In this document: positions 31,074 through 39,635 of the stretch, one piece after another | How the letters are laid out: each line of letters begins with the position of its first letter | Position numbering within the stretch: position 1 is the stretch's first letter | From: Nitrospinaceae bacterium | GTDB lineage: Bacteria > Nitrospinota > Nitrospinia > Nitrospinales > Nitrospinaceae | Direction of reading: 5' to 3' | Length of the DNA stretch: 64,000 bases | Assembly: GCA_965237905.1 (NCBI GenBank) | Contig: OZ250172.1 | Coordinates: 1,216,001-1,280,000, forward strand | Program-made: the position numbers and the translations under genes | The notes under the pieces: generated by a model | What the model saw: the letters and a program-made list of their open reading frames with translations, nothing else | The model's database searches: none | What the model was told of the DNA's origin: nothing

Positions 31074-31089
31074 TGGTATAGAACTTGCT
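31074..31089 (+). promoter_or_regulatory. Sigma-54 (-24/-12) promoter of the flgC-fli operon
   Basis: TGGTATAGAACTTGCT with GG-N10-GC spacing. Confidence 0.8.
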
Positions 31090-31169
31090 CTAATTTACTC
31101 TAACTCCCTGAAATGTAGGGAATTCCGACGTTCTGGACCCAAACTGAAGCCCTTTGGAGGGGGACCCTT

Positions 31170-31604
31170 ATGGATTTTTTGACATCGATGCAGATCGGCG
31201 CGTCCGGCCTGACCGCCCAGCGCCAGCGCATGGACACCATCGCCAGCAACCTGGCCAATATCGAAACCACGCGCACGCCGGAGGGCGGGCCGTACAAGCG
31301 CAAGGACGTCGTGTTCGCCGCCCTGCCGCTCGATCCGTTTTCAACAACGTTCAACGACGCCATGGCCGACCAGGTACGCCAGGTCACGGTGACTGAGGTG
31401 GTGGAGGATCAATCGCCGCCCACCATGATCTACAACCCGAATCACCCGGACGCCAACACAGAGGGCTACGTCGCCATGCCCAACATCAACCTCATGGAGG
31501 AGATGGTCAACCTGATCAACGCCACCCGCTCGTTCGAGGCGAACGTGCAATCCATCAACGCCGCCAAGTCGATGGCGCTGAGGGCGATCGATCTCGGACG
31601 ATAA
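31170..31604 (+). CDS. flgC: Flagellar basal-body rod protein FlgC
   Basis: ASGLTAQRQRMDTIASNLAN, GGPYKRK, YNPNHPDA..GYVAMPNIN, RSFEANV. Confidence 0.96.
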   Translation: MDFLTSMQIGASGLTAQRQRMDTIASNLANIETTRTPEGGPYKRKDVVFAALPLDPFSTTFNDAMADQVRQVTVTEVVEDQSPPTMIYNPNHPDANTEGYVAMPNINLMEEMVNLINATRSFEANVQSINAAKSMALRAIDLGR

Positions 31605-31647
31605 CGGACCTTTGATGACTCAATCTTAAATGGAACCCGGCTCGCTT

Positions 31648-33231
31648 ATGGAAAACCTACTGCAATTCATTCAAAACCTGTGGCGGAAATTTCTCACCCT
31701 CTCCCCTGTCAATATGGCTGTGGCTTTGGGAGGGGTGGCGCTGGCCGTCGGCGCGCTGGTCTCCATTTCGCTGTGGGTCCAGTCACCGGATTACCAACTG
31801 CTGTACGCCAATCTTTCCGATCAGGATGCCGCCGGGGTGGTCGAACAGTTGAACACGCAAAATATTCCGCACAAGCTGACCAACCAGGGACGCAATGTGG
31901 CTGTCCCGTCCAACAAGGTGCATGAAATCCGCCTCAGTCTCGCCAGCCAGGGGTTGCCGGCGGGAACGGAAGTGGGCCTCGAGTTATTTGAAGAAACACC
32001 GCTGGGCATGACGGAATTTGTGCAGAAACTTAATTTTCAACGCGCGTTACAGGGCGAATTGGCCCGCACCATCAAGTCCATCGAAGCAGTGGAACAGGCG
32101 CGGGTGCATCTGGCGCTCCCCAAGGAAGAATTATTTATCAAAGAAAAACAGAACGGCAAGACTTCGGTGATGGTGAAACTGCATCCCGGCCGAACGCTTT
32201 CGCAAAGCCAGATACAGGGCATCGTACATCTGGTATCGAGCAGTGTCTCGGGCATCCCAGCCGGCAACGTGGTGCTCGTGGATCCCAAGGGCAACCTGCT
32301 CTCGGGAAACAAGGCGATATCGAACGATGTCATGCTCAATGCATCCAACTACAAGCACAAACGTACAGTCGAAAACGAGTTGGAGCAACGCATCGCGTTG
32401 ATGCTGGAAGAAGCGTTGGGCGCGGGCAAAGTGATCGCCCGGGTGAACACTGACATGAATTTCGACAAGGTGGTGCAGACCGAAGAACTTTATGATCCCG
32501 ACTCGCAGGTGGTGCGCAGTGAACAAACCAGTACCGAGTCCATGATCGGCACGGCGCCGCCCAGCGGCGTTCCCGGTGTGGAATCGCTGGTACCGGGAGA
32601 AGAAGGCACACCCGAACCCACCGAAGGCAAGGCCCCCACGCGTAGCAAAGAAAAAGAAACGTTGAACTTTGAAATCAATAAAGTGGTCAAACAGACGTCG
32701 CAGACCACCGGAAAAATCAAACGATTGTCGGTGAGCGTATTGGTGGACGGCACCGTGACCGGGACTCCACCGCAATACCAGCCCCGCACCAAAGAGGAAA
32801 TGGCAAAGTATCTCGAACTCGTGAAAACCTCGATCGGCTTCGATGAAAAACGCGGTGACCAGATACAACTTGAAAATGTGCGGTTCGACAAATCGTTGGA
32901 ATTGCAACAGAAAGAAGAAATGGCGGTCGACCGCTGGATCGAGCAGGGCTACGAAGTTGCAAAATGGGTTCTGGGTGCTATATTCGTACTGTGGTTTCTT
33001 TACAAGATTTTGTTGCCTCTGGTGCGATGGGTCACCACCAGCGTTGACAGGGTTCCCGGTCAACTGGGGGCGCCGACGCCGGAGCAAATGGAAGCCATGG
33101 AAGAGGAAATGCGATTGGCCCGGCAATCCCAGGAGAACGTGGAAATCCGTAAATCGGTCGGTGACTTTGTGGATACCGATCCAAAATATGCTGCAGCCCT
33201 CGTCCGGAAATGGATGAGAGAGCGCACCTGA
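31648..33231 (+). CDS. fliF: Flagellar MS-ring protein FliF
   Basis: LYANLSDQDA, GMTEFVQKLNFQRALQGELARTI, ARVHLALP, VVRSEQ, RLSVSVLVDG, GFDEKRGD; start 31630 or 31648. Confidence 0.95.
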   Translation: MENLLQFIQNLWRKFLTLSPVNMAVALGGVALAVGALVSISLWVQSPDYQLLYANLSDQDAAGVVEQLNTQNIPHKLTNQGRNVAVPSNKVHEIRLSLASQGLPAGTEVGLELFEETPLGMTEFVQKLNFQRALQGELARTIKSIEAVEQARVHLALPKEELFIKEKQNGKTSVMVKLHPGRTLSQSQIQGIVHLVSSSVSGIPAGNVVLVDPKGNLLSGNKAISNDVMLNASNYKHKRTVENELEQRIALMLEEALGAGKVIARVNTDMNFDKVVQTEELYDPDSQVVRSEQTSTESMIGTAPPSGVPGVESLVPGEEGTPEPTEGKAPTRSKEKETLNFEINKVVKQTSQTTGKIKRLSVSVLVDGTVTGTPPQYQPRTKEEMAKYLELVKTSIGFDEKRGDQIQLENVRFDKSLELQQKEEMAVDRWIEQGYEVAKWVLGAIFVLWFLYKILLPLVRWVTTSVDRVPGQLGAPTPEQMEAMEEEMRLARQSQENVEIRKSVGDFVDTDPKYAAALVRKWMRERT

Positions 33232-33247
33232 TTTAAGAAAATCAATT

Positions 33248-34261
33248 ATGGCAGAACCCAAAAAATATACCGGCCCCGAAAAGGCGGCCATTTTTTTAAT
33301 GTCTCTGGGCGAAGAAGGAGCGGCCAAAATTCTGGCCGAGATGGAAGAGCGCGAAATCCAGAGCATCGGCAACTACATGTCCACCATCGGCGAAGTGGAA
33401 ATGGCCACGATAGACGAAGTCTCCCGCGAATTCTACAAGGGCATGGCGATCGGTGGAGGTGGATTGGGTATTTCCGGTCTGGATTTTTTGAAGACCACCT
33501 TGATGCGCGCCCTCGATCCGGCCAAGGCCACGGAAATCCTGAACAACATCACCGCTCCCGGCGAAGACTTGGGCGGCGGGCTGGATACGGTCCGCATGCT
33601 CGAGCCGAAAGTGATTGCCCTCTTCCTGGCCAACGAACATCCGCAAACCGCCGCCATCGTTCTGGCGCATCTGGAAACCTCGGTGGCGGGGGCGACGCTG
33701 AGAGAAATGCCCGAGGAGTCGCGCATGGAGGTTGTTTTTCGGCTGGCCACTCTCGAACGTGTGTCGCCGCAGGTCTTGCGGGAATTGGATCAGGCGCTGC
33801 AATCCGAGTTCCGCTCCTCTGGAGCCGTGTCCGGAAGCAAAATGGGTGGCGTGGAAGCCGCCTCCCAGATCATGGGAACCATCGACCGCGCCACCGAGTC
33901 GTCCATCCTCACGGCCATGGATGAGGTGGATCCGGATCTCGCCAACGAAATTCGCAACCTCCGCTTCACCTACGAGGATATTCTGAAAATCGACGATCAC
34001 GGTGTTCAAATGATGCTCAAGGAAATCAGCCAGGAAGACCTGCTGATTTCCCTCAAAACCGCCAGCGAAGAATTGATGGAAAAAATATTCTCCAACATGT
34101 CGGAGCGGGCCTCCACCATGTTGAAGGAAGATTTGGAAGCAATGGGCCTCACCAAGGTCACCGAGGTGGAACGCTCCCAGCAGAAAATCGTCTCCGTCAT
34201 CAAACGTCTGGAAGATGAAGGCCGCATCATTGTAGGGGGAGGAGGAGAAGAACTTGTCTAA
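33248..34261 (+). CDS. fliG: Flagellar motor switch protein FliG
   Basis: GPEKAAIFLMSLG, EHPQTAAIVL, MGGVEAA, NMSERA. Confidence 0.96.
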   Translation: MAEPKKYTGPEKAAIFLMSLGEEGAAKILAEMEEREIQSIGNYMSTIGEVEMATIDEVSREFYKGMAIGGGGLGISGLDFLKTTLMRALDPAKATEILNNITAPGEDLGGGLDTVRMLEPKVIALFLANEHPQTAAIVLAHLETSVAGATLREMPEESRMEVVFRLATLERVSPQVLRELDQALQSEFRSSGAVSGSKMGGVEAASQIMGTIDRATESSILTAMDEVDPDLANEIRNLRFTYEDILKIDDHGVQMMLKEISQEDLLISLKTASEELMEKIFSNMSERASTMLKEDLEAMGLTKVTEVERSQQKIVSVIKRLEDEGRIIVGGGGEELV

Positions 34262-35063
34262 AGACTTCAGCAATTTTATTCCCGATCAATATTCCGAAGA
34301 CCAGACCGGCGTATCCCAGAAATTTAATCTGGATGAATATGTACTCAAGGCAAAAGCCTTGAAGTCCGAGTTCATCCATGATCTGGAGCATCAGAGGGAA
34401 ATCGATCAGTCCAATATCTTGAAAGCTAAAGAAGGCGTGAATGAACTCTTCTCCGATACCATGCAGAAAATGAAAGACGAAGCGGCGAAAATTCAGGAGG
34501 AAGCCCGGGAGCAAGGACATCAGGAAGGCCAGGAGAAAGGTTTTCAGGCAGGCGAACAGGCGGTAATGAAGCACTTCGAATCTTCTCTGGAAGCTTTAAA
34601 AATTCTCGTCGATGAATTATCGGAGATTAGGAAAAAAACCTACCCCCTGCTGGAACGCGAAATAGTGGAAATGATCACGACCCTCGCCCGGAAAGTGGTC
34701 CGCACGGAACTGAAAGATAAAGAAGGCCGTATCCGTGAAATCGTTCGCATGGCAATCGAATCCGTGCTGGACCGGGAATCGCTGATCATCAAAATCCATC
34801 CGGACGACCACAAGGAACTGGAAGACTACGGGCAGGAACTCATACAACTGTTCCATGAAATTAAAAACGTGGAGTTTGAATCCCATGCTTCCGTTCCGCG
34901 CGGACATTGCGTGGTGGAATCGAATTTCGGTACCGTTGAAGCAGGCCTGGACCACCTCGACGAGCACATCGAAAGAATTTTGCACCTGGCGCCCCCTCCC
35001 CCGTCGGCCACGGCCCGGCCGGGTGAAACCGATGAGCCTGGGGAACCGAGGCCTTCCTCCTGA
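34254..35063 (+). CDS. fliH: Flagellar assembly protein FliH
   Basis: AREQGHQEGQEKGFQAG GxxxG repeats, IHPDD, GHCVVESNFG; position between fliG and fliI. Confidence 0.88.
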   Translation: MSKDFSNFIPDQYSEDQTGVSQKFNLDEYVLKAKALKSEFIHDLEHQREIDQSNILKAKEGVNELFSDTMQKMKDEAAKIQEEAREQGHQEGQEKGFQAGEQAVMKHFESSLEALKILVDELSEIRKKTYPLLEREIVEMITTLARKVVRTELKDKEGRIREIVRMAIESVLDRESLIIKIHPDDHKELEDYGQELIQLFHEIKNVEFESHASVPRGHCVVESNFGTVEAGLDHLDEHIERILHLAPPPPSATARPGETDEPGEPRPSS

Positions 35064-35071
35064 GGGAAATC

Positions 35072-36400
35072 ATGAGCGAAACCATCAATTTAAAAAAATA
35101 CCAATCCTTCGTTGACAATGTTTCTTTCGTCAAAAAAAGAGGACGGGTCAACCGCGTGACGGGTTTGATCATCGAGGGCGACGGTCCCCCCGTGTCCCTG
35201 GGCAGTCTGTGCACCATCGTTTCCAATCAAAGAGACAAGAGGGTAGACGCTGAGGTGGTCGGTTTCCGCGATAATACAATATTACTGATGCCGCTGGGAG
35301 AAATGACCGGCATCGAACCGGGAAGCATCATCGAGTCGAAAGACGAATCCCCGCTAATCAACGTCGGCGACGGTTTGCTGGGACGTATTCTGGACGGCAA
35401 CGGCAATCCACTGGATGGCAAAGGCCCGATTCCTATGGGAACCGATTACCCGATTTTCGGCACCTCGGTCAACCCACTCGAAAAAGACCGGGTCCGGAAA
35501 CCATTGGACGTCGGCATACGCGCCATCAACGCCTTGCTGACCTGCGGCAAGGGCCAACGTCTCGGAATCATGGCCGGCACGGGAATCGGCAAGTCGATTT
35601 TGTTGGGCATGATCGCCCGCAACACTTCGGCGGATGTCAACGTGGTCGCACTGATCGGCGAGCGGGGACGGGAAGTTAAAGAATTTATTGAGGAGAATCT
35701 GGGCGGGGAAGGATTAAAAAAATCGGTAGTGGTGGCCGCGGCTTCGGATCAACCGCCGCTGGTACGTCTCCGGGGTGCGTTCATCGCCCACACGATCGCC
35801 GAGTATTTCCGCGACCAGGGCAAAGATGTTTTGTTGATGATGGATTCGGTAACCCGCTTCGCACTGGCGCAGAGGGAAATCGGACTATCCGTTGGCGAAC
35901 CCCCGACCACACGCGGATTCACGCCTTCGGTATTTTCCCTGCTCCCCAAGTTGATGGAACGCGCCGGCACTTCTTCCGGAAAGGGAACGATCACCGGACT
36001 CTATACCGTTCTGGTGGAAGGCGACGATTTGACCGAACCCATTTCGGATTCGGTGCGGGCCATCCTGGACGGCCATATCGTTTTGTCGCGGCGGCTGTCT
36101 TCGCACAATCATTACCCGGCTATCGACGTGCTGGAAAGCATCAGCCGGTTGATGATCGATGTGGTTTCCAAAGAGCAAATCGATCTGGCCATGCAGTTCA
36201 AAGATATCCTCGCGACCTACCGCGAAGCGGAAGACCTGATTAACATCGGCGCTTACGCGCAGGGGAGCAATCCCAAGATCGATCTGGCCATTCAAAAAAT
36301 TGAAGCGTTCAACCAGTTTTTACAGCAGGGTATCGGGGAATCCACTTCCATGCAGGACAGCATCAGCGGACTCCAAAAGGTTATGGAGGGCGGATCATGA
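35072..36400 (+). CDS. fliI: Flagellum-specific ATPase FliI
   Basis: AGTGIGKS Walker A, IGERGREV, MDSVTRFA, GEPPTTRG, DGHIVLSR. Confidence 0.96.
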   Translation: MSETINLKKYQSFVDNVSFVKKRGRVNRVTGLIIEGDGPPVSLGSLCTIVSNQRDKRVDAEVVGFRDNTILLMPLGEMTGIEPGSIIESKDESPLINVGDGLLGRILDGNGNPLDGKGPIPMGTDYPIFGTSVNPLEKDRVRKPLDVGIRAINALLTCGKGQRLGIMAGTGIGKSILLGMIARNTSADVNVVALIGERGREVKEFIEENLGGEGLKKSVVVAAASDQPPLVRLRGAFIAHTIAEYFRDQGKDVLLMMDSVTRFALAQREIGLSVGEPPTTRGFTPSVFSLLPKLMERAGTSSGKGTITGLYTVLVEGDDLTEPISDSVRAILDGHIVLSRRLSSHNHYPAIDVLESISRLMIDVVSKEQIDLAMQFKDILATYREAEDLINIGAYAQGSNPKIDLAIQKIEAFNQFLQQGIGESTSMQDSISGLQKVMEGGS

Positions 36401-36834
36401 CCTTTCGATTTGAAACCTTGTTGAGGTTACGCAAAAATGCGGAGAATCTGGAACAAAGGAAAATGGCGGAGATGCAAAATCATCTCTACGCGCGGCAAAA
36501 CGAATTGCAGGATTTAAATTTCTCCGGCACAAAAAACAAGGAGGAACTGCAGAACCGGCTCCAGCAATCCATTCCCGGCAGGACTTTGGGTCTGTATGAT
36601 CGTTATTTTCAATCCTTGGGTATCCAATCCGGCCTTCAAGAGCAGATCATTTCAGAAACCGGCGAAAAGGTTGAGGCCAAGCGGTCGGAACTGGTTGAAG
36701 CGATGAAAAAGCGGCGTGTTCTGGAAATCCTGAAGGATCGGGACATTTTAAAGAAGAAACGCAAAGTACTTAAAGATGAAATCGCGTTTATGGACGAAAT
36801 TGCTTCGACACGATGGCAGATGAGAAACTTATGA
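36397..36834 (+). CDS. fliJ: Flagellar export chaperone FliJ
   Basis: FRFETLLRLRK start, coiled coil, MDE near the C-terminus; ATGA overlap with fliI. Confidence 0.85.
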   Translation: MTFRFETLLRLRKNAENLEQRKMAEMQNHLYARQNELQDLNFSGTKNKEELQNRLQQSIPGRTLGLYDRYFQSLGIQSGLQEQIISETGEKVEAKRSELVEAMKKRRVLEILKDRDILKKKRKVLKDEIAFMDEIASTRWQMRNL

Positions 36835-37394
36835 AATATTTTTCCTTTAAACTCATTACCGGTCTCACCTGCGCGTGCGCCCTGCTGGCAGGATCGTGGA
36901 CCTATGCGCAGAATGCTCAAACCGCACCGGAGCCAACGCCGCAAGCGCAAACGGAACCTCCGCAACTACCGACCCAGCCCGCTTCCGTTTCTCCGGAGAC
37001 GTTACGGCTTCTGGAAATGATCGAGCGTAAAAACCGGGAATTGAAAAAACGGGAAGAGGAATTACTCCTTAAAGAAAAAAATCTCGAAGCACTTGAGAAA
37101 AAGGTTCTTTCAGATCTTCAAAAAATCGAGGAGGCCCTGGCGCGCAGTGAGGAAATGGTAGGCATTAGAAAGGACCTTATCGAGAAAAACGTGAAGGCTC
37201 TGGTCAAGGCCTACTCCAACATGAAACCGGTGCAAGCCGCGGCGTTACTGGAACGCATGGACGAAGGCACCGCCATTATCATCATTTCGCGCATGAAAAG
37301 CCGGGTGGCGGGAAAAGTGCTGGGGGCCATGAATACGAGGATCGCCAAAAACATCAGCGAGAAAATCGCCGGCAAAAAAAGCGATCAAAATTAA
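36831..37394 (+). CDS. MotE/YlxF-family flagellar protein (MgtE N-domain-like)
   Basis: Signal peptide, coiled coil, LVKAYSNMKPVQAAALL...AGKVLGAM; ATGA overlap with fliJ. Confidence 0.8.
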   Translation: MKYFSFKLITGLTCACALLAGSWTYAQNAQTAPEPTPQAQTEPPQLPTQPASVSPETLRLLEMIERKNRELKKREEELLLKEKNLEALEKKVLSDLQKIEEALARSEEMVGIRKDLIEKNVKALVKAYSNMKPVQAAALLERMDEGTAIIIISRMKSRVAGKVLGAMNTRIAKNISEKIAGKKSDQN

Positions 37395-37426
37395 AACGCT
37401 TCGCTTCCCCGATGGGTCCACCTCAA

Positions 37427-38062
37427 TCATACAAACTCTTCCGGTGAATCCATGCCGGGCACGACCATTCCAAACGACATAAGATACTTGATCCCTTCTT
37501 CCCGCGTCATTTTCAACGGAATGATCTGGTCGCGCGGCAGGATCAGCATGAAACCGAGCGTCACGTTGGGAAGAAGAGGAAGAAACACGTTGACCATATC
37601 CTCACCCGTCCGGCTACTCACCTCCCCGTGCTCATCGCAGGACACCAGGCCGATCATCCGTGAAGACGGATGCGGATAATGCACCAAAACCATTTGCTCA
37701 AAGGGAGACTTGCCGGGCCGGGAAATAGCAACAACCACTTTCTGGATGGTCATGTAAATCCCCCGAACAAACGGAACCTGGTGCATTAGATAATCCCAGG
37801 CGCGTACCAATTGCTTCCCGAAAAAATTGGCGGTCACCAGGCCTACTACAAAAATAAAAAAACAAATCAACAGGAAGCCCAGTCCTGGAAGATGGAAGTC
37901 CGCAGGCAGGGGAATTTGCAAGCGGAGAATGACCCAGGTCACCACCGGCGCCATGAGCGCATCCAGTTTGCCGATGACAAACGCCATGACGATATAGGTC
38001 AGGGCAATGGGGATGATCACCAGCAGTCCCGCAATCATACTCTGCTTTATAAAATTCTTCAC
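37427..38062 (-). CDS. DUF502 membrane protein
   Basis: AGLLVIIPIALT, PGLG, VPFVRGIY, VFLPLLPNVTLGF; GTG start at 38062. Confidence 0.85.
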   Translation of the reverse strand: MKNFIKQSMIAGLLVIIPIALTYIVMAFVIGKLDALMAPVVTWVILRLQIPLPADFHLPGLGFLLICFFIFVVGLVTANFFGKQLVRAWDYLMHQVPFVRGIYMTIQKVVVAISRPGKSPFEQMVLVHYPHPSSRMIGLVSCDEHGEVSSRTGEDMVNVFLPLLPNVTLGFMLILPRDQIIPLKMTREEGIKYLMSFGMVVPGMDSPEEFV

Positions 38063-38238
38063 AGTACTCTCGGCAATAAAGAAAACGATTGAATACCCAA
38101 CGGCAACCCGTCCGGGTGGATGGCCGAAGTATCCTGGCAATTCAGTATATTTTAAGCGAAGGCAGGAGTTCTGTCAAAACCAGTGTGCCGCTGGGCGGCA
38201 AAAGGTGACAAAGTGAGGTAAGGTCGTGGGAGGTCGGG

Positions 38239-39372
38239 CTACGCCATTTCACACAGCTTGTCAGGAGAGGAAATCACCGTGGAACTCGGTACATTTTTTT
38301 TCGGGGATTTCTCGGTCGGCTGAGGATACCGGAATACCTTGCCTTCAAAGTTTCGAACCATGATTTCGCGATCGTTATACTCCACCACCGTATCGGGCAA
38401 TAGCCGGACCTTACCACCGCCGCCCGGGGTATCGATCACAAAATAAGGCACACCCATGCCGGAAGTGTGACCCTGCAATCCACGGATGATCTCAAGTCCC
38501 TTTTCAATTCTAGTCCGAAAATGGTCCGTCCCCACCGTCATATCCGCCTGGTACAGGTAATACGGCTTGATGCGAATCTTGAGCAGTTTGTGCACCAGCT
38601 CCTTCATGATCTCCACGTCGTCATTCACCCCTTTGAGCAGAACCGTCTGACTGCCCAGCGGAATACCGGCGTCGGCCATTCGGTTGCAGGCCAGTTCCAC
38701 CTCCGGCGTGATTTCAGCAGGATGATTGAAATGCAGGTTGGCGTAAAGCGGATGAAATTTTTTCAGCATCTCACACAAAGCGGGGGTGACGCGTTCCGGC
38801 AACGTGCCGGGAACACGGGTCCCGATACGGATAATTTCCAGATGCGGTATCTCCCGGAGCGCCCCCAGGATGCGTTCCAACTCCTTGTCGGGCACCAGCA
38901 GAGGATCGCCGCCGGACATGATCACGTCGCGTATCTCCGGATGCTGTGCAATATATTCGATGCCCTGGCGCAAGGTTTCGCGGGTGACGATCCCCGGAAA
39001 ACCGATTTTGCGTTTGCGGGTGCAAAACCGGCAAATGACCGGACACTGATTGTTCAGCATCAACAACACGCGGTCGGGATAGCGGTGGACCAGTTCGGGA
39101 ACGGGCATGTCCTCTTCTTCATTGAGAGGATCGGTATCCAAAGATTCTTCAGCGCTTAAAAAATCATCCAGCTCTTCGGCAGTGGGCACCACCTGCTTCC
39201 ACAAAGGATCGTTCTCTTCCTTGATCTGATTCAGAAAATAAGAATTAATCCGAATCGGGAAAATCTCCGAAACCTTCTGGAGCTTTTCCATGTATTCTTT
39301 GGATCCGGATACAAAGGGCAGGTCTTCCACTTTTACGACACTATCGCTCAGTTGTTTTTGCCAGCGCTCCAT
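38239..39372 (-). CDS. KamA-family radical SAM aminomutase (lysine 2,3-aminomutase-like)
   Basis: LVHRYPDRVL, CPVICRFCTRKR, SGGDPL, IRIGTR, HFNHP, SQTVLLKGVND, PYYLYQ, DTPGGGGK with the PLP lysine. Confidence 0.93.
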   Translation of the reverse strand: MERWQKQLSDSVVKVEDLPFVSGSKEYMEKLQKVSEIFPIRINSYFLNQIKEENDPLWKQVVPTAEELDDFLSAEESLDTDPLNEEEDMPVPELVHRYPDRVLLMLNNQCPVICRFCTRKRKIGFPGIVTRETLRQGIEYIAQHPEIRDVIMSGGDPLLVPDKELERILGALREIPHLEIIRIGTRVPGTLPERVTPALCEMLKKFHPLYANLHFNHPAEITPEVELACNRMADAGIPLGSQTVLLKGVNDDVEIMKELVHKLLKIRIKPYYLYQADMTVGTDHFRTRIEKGLEIIRGLQGHTSGMGVPYFVIDTPGGGGKVRLLPDTVVEYNDREIMVRNFEGKVFRYPQPTEKSPKKNVPSSTVISSPDKLCEMA

Positions 39373-39392
39373 ATTGAACCTTTATATGTAAA

Positions 39393-39632
39393 TTAGGATG
39401 AGATGGAATAGGTCTTTTTGAGATGGTCAATGATGTCATACTCGTCGTCGAGCACCACGTCGCCATCGACCAGGACCGGGACAGTGGTTTGACCGGATAC
39501 TTCGTGGACTTCTTTCCTTAAATGGTGAGGCCAGGGGACGTCGATTTTTTCATACTCGATTTTAAGGTTCGCCAAAACTTCCCGCACCATGGCGCAATAA
39601 CCGCATCCGTCAATATTATAAAGTTTCATCAT
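39393..39632 (-). CDS. Glutaredoxin-like protein
   Basis: CGYC active site, SGQTTVPVLVD cis-Pro motif. Confidence 0.88.
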   Translation of the reverse strand: MMKLYNIDGCGYCAMVREVLANLKIEYEKIDVPWPHHLRKEVHEVSGQTTVPVLVDGDVVLDDEYDIIDHLKKTYSISS

Positions 39633-39635
39633 CGT

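Noticed and set aside
38239..39372. Calling the KamA homolog epmB or ablA
   Set aside because: No efp/epmA or ablB neighbour in the window; the substrate cannot be assigned from motifs alone
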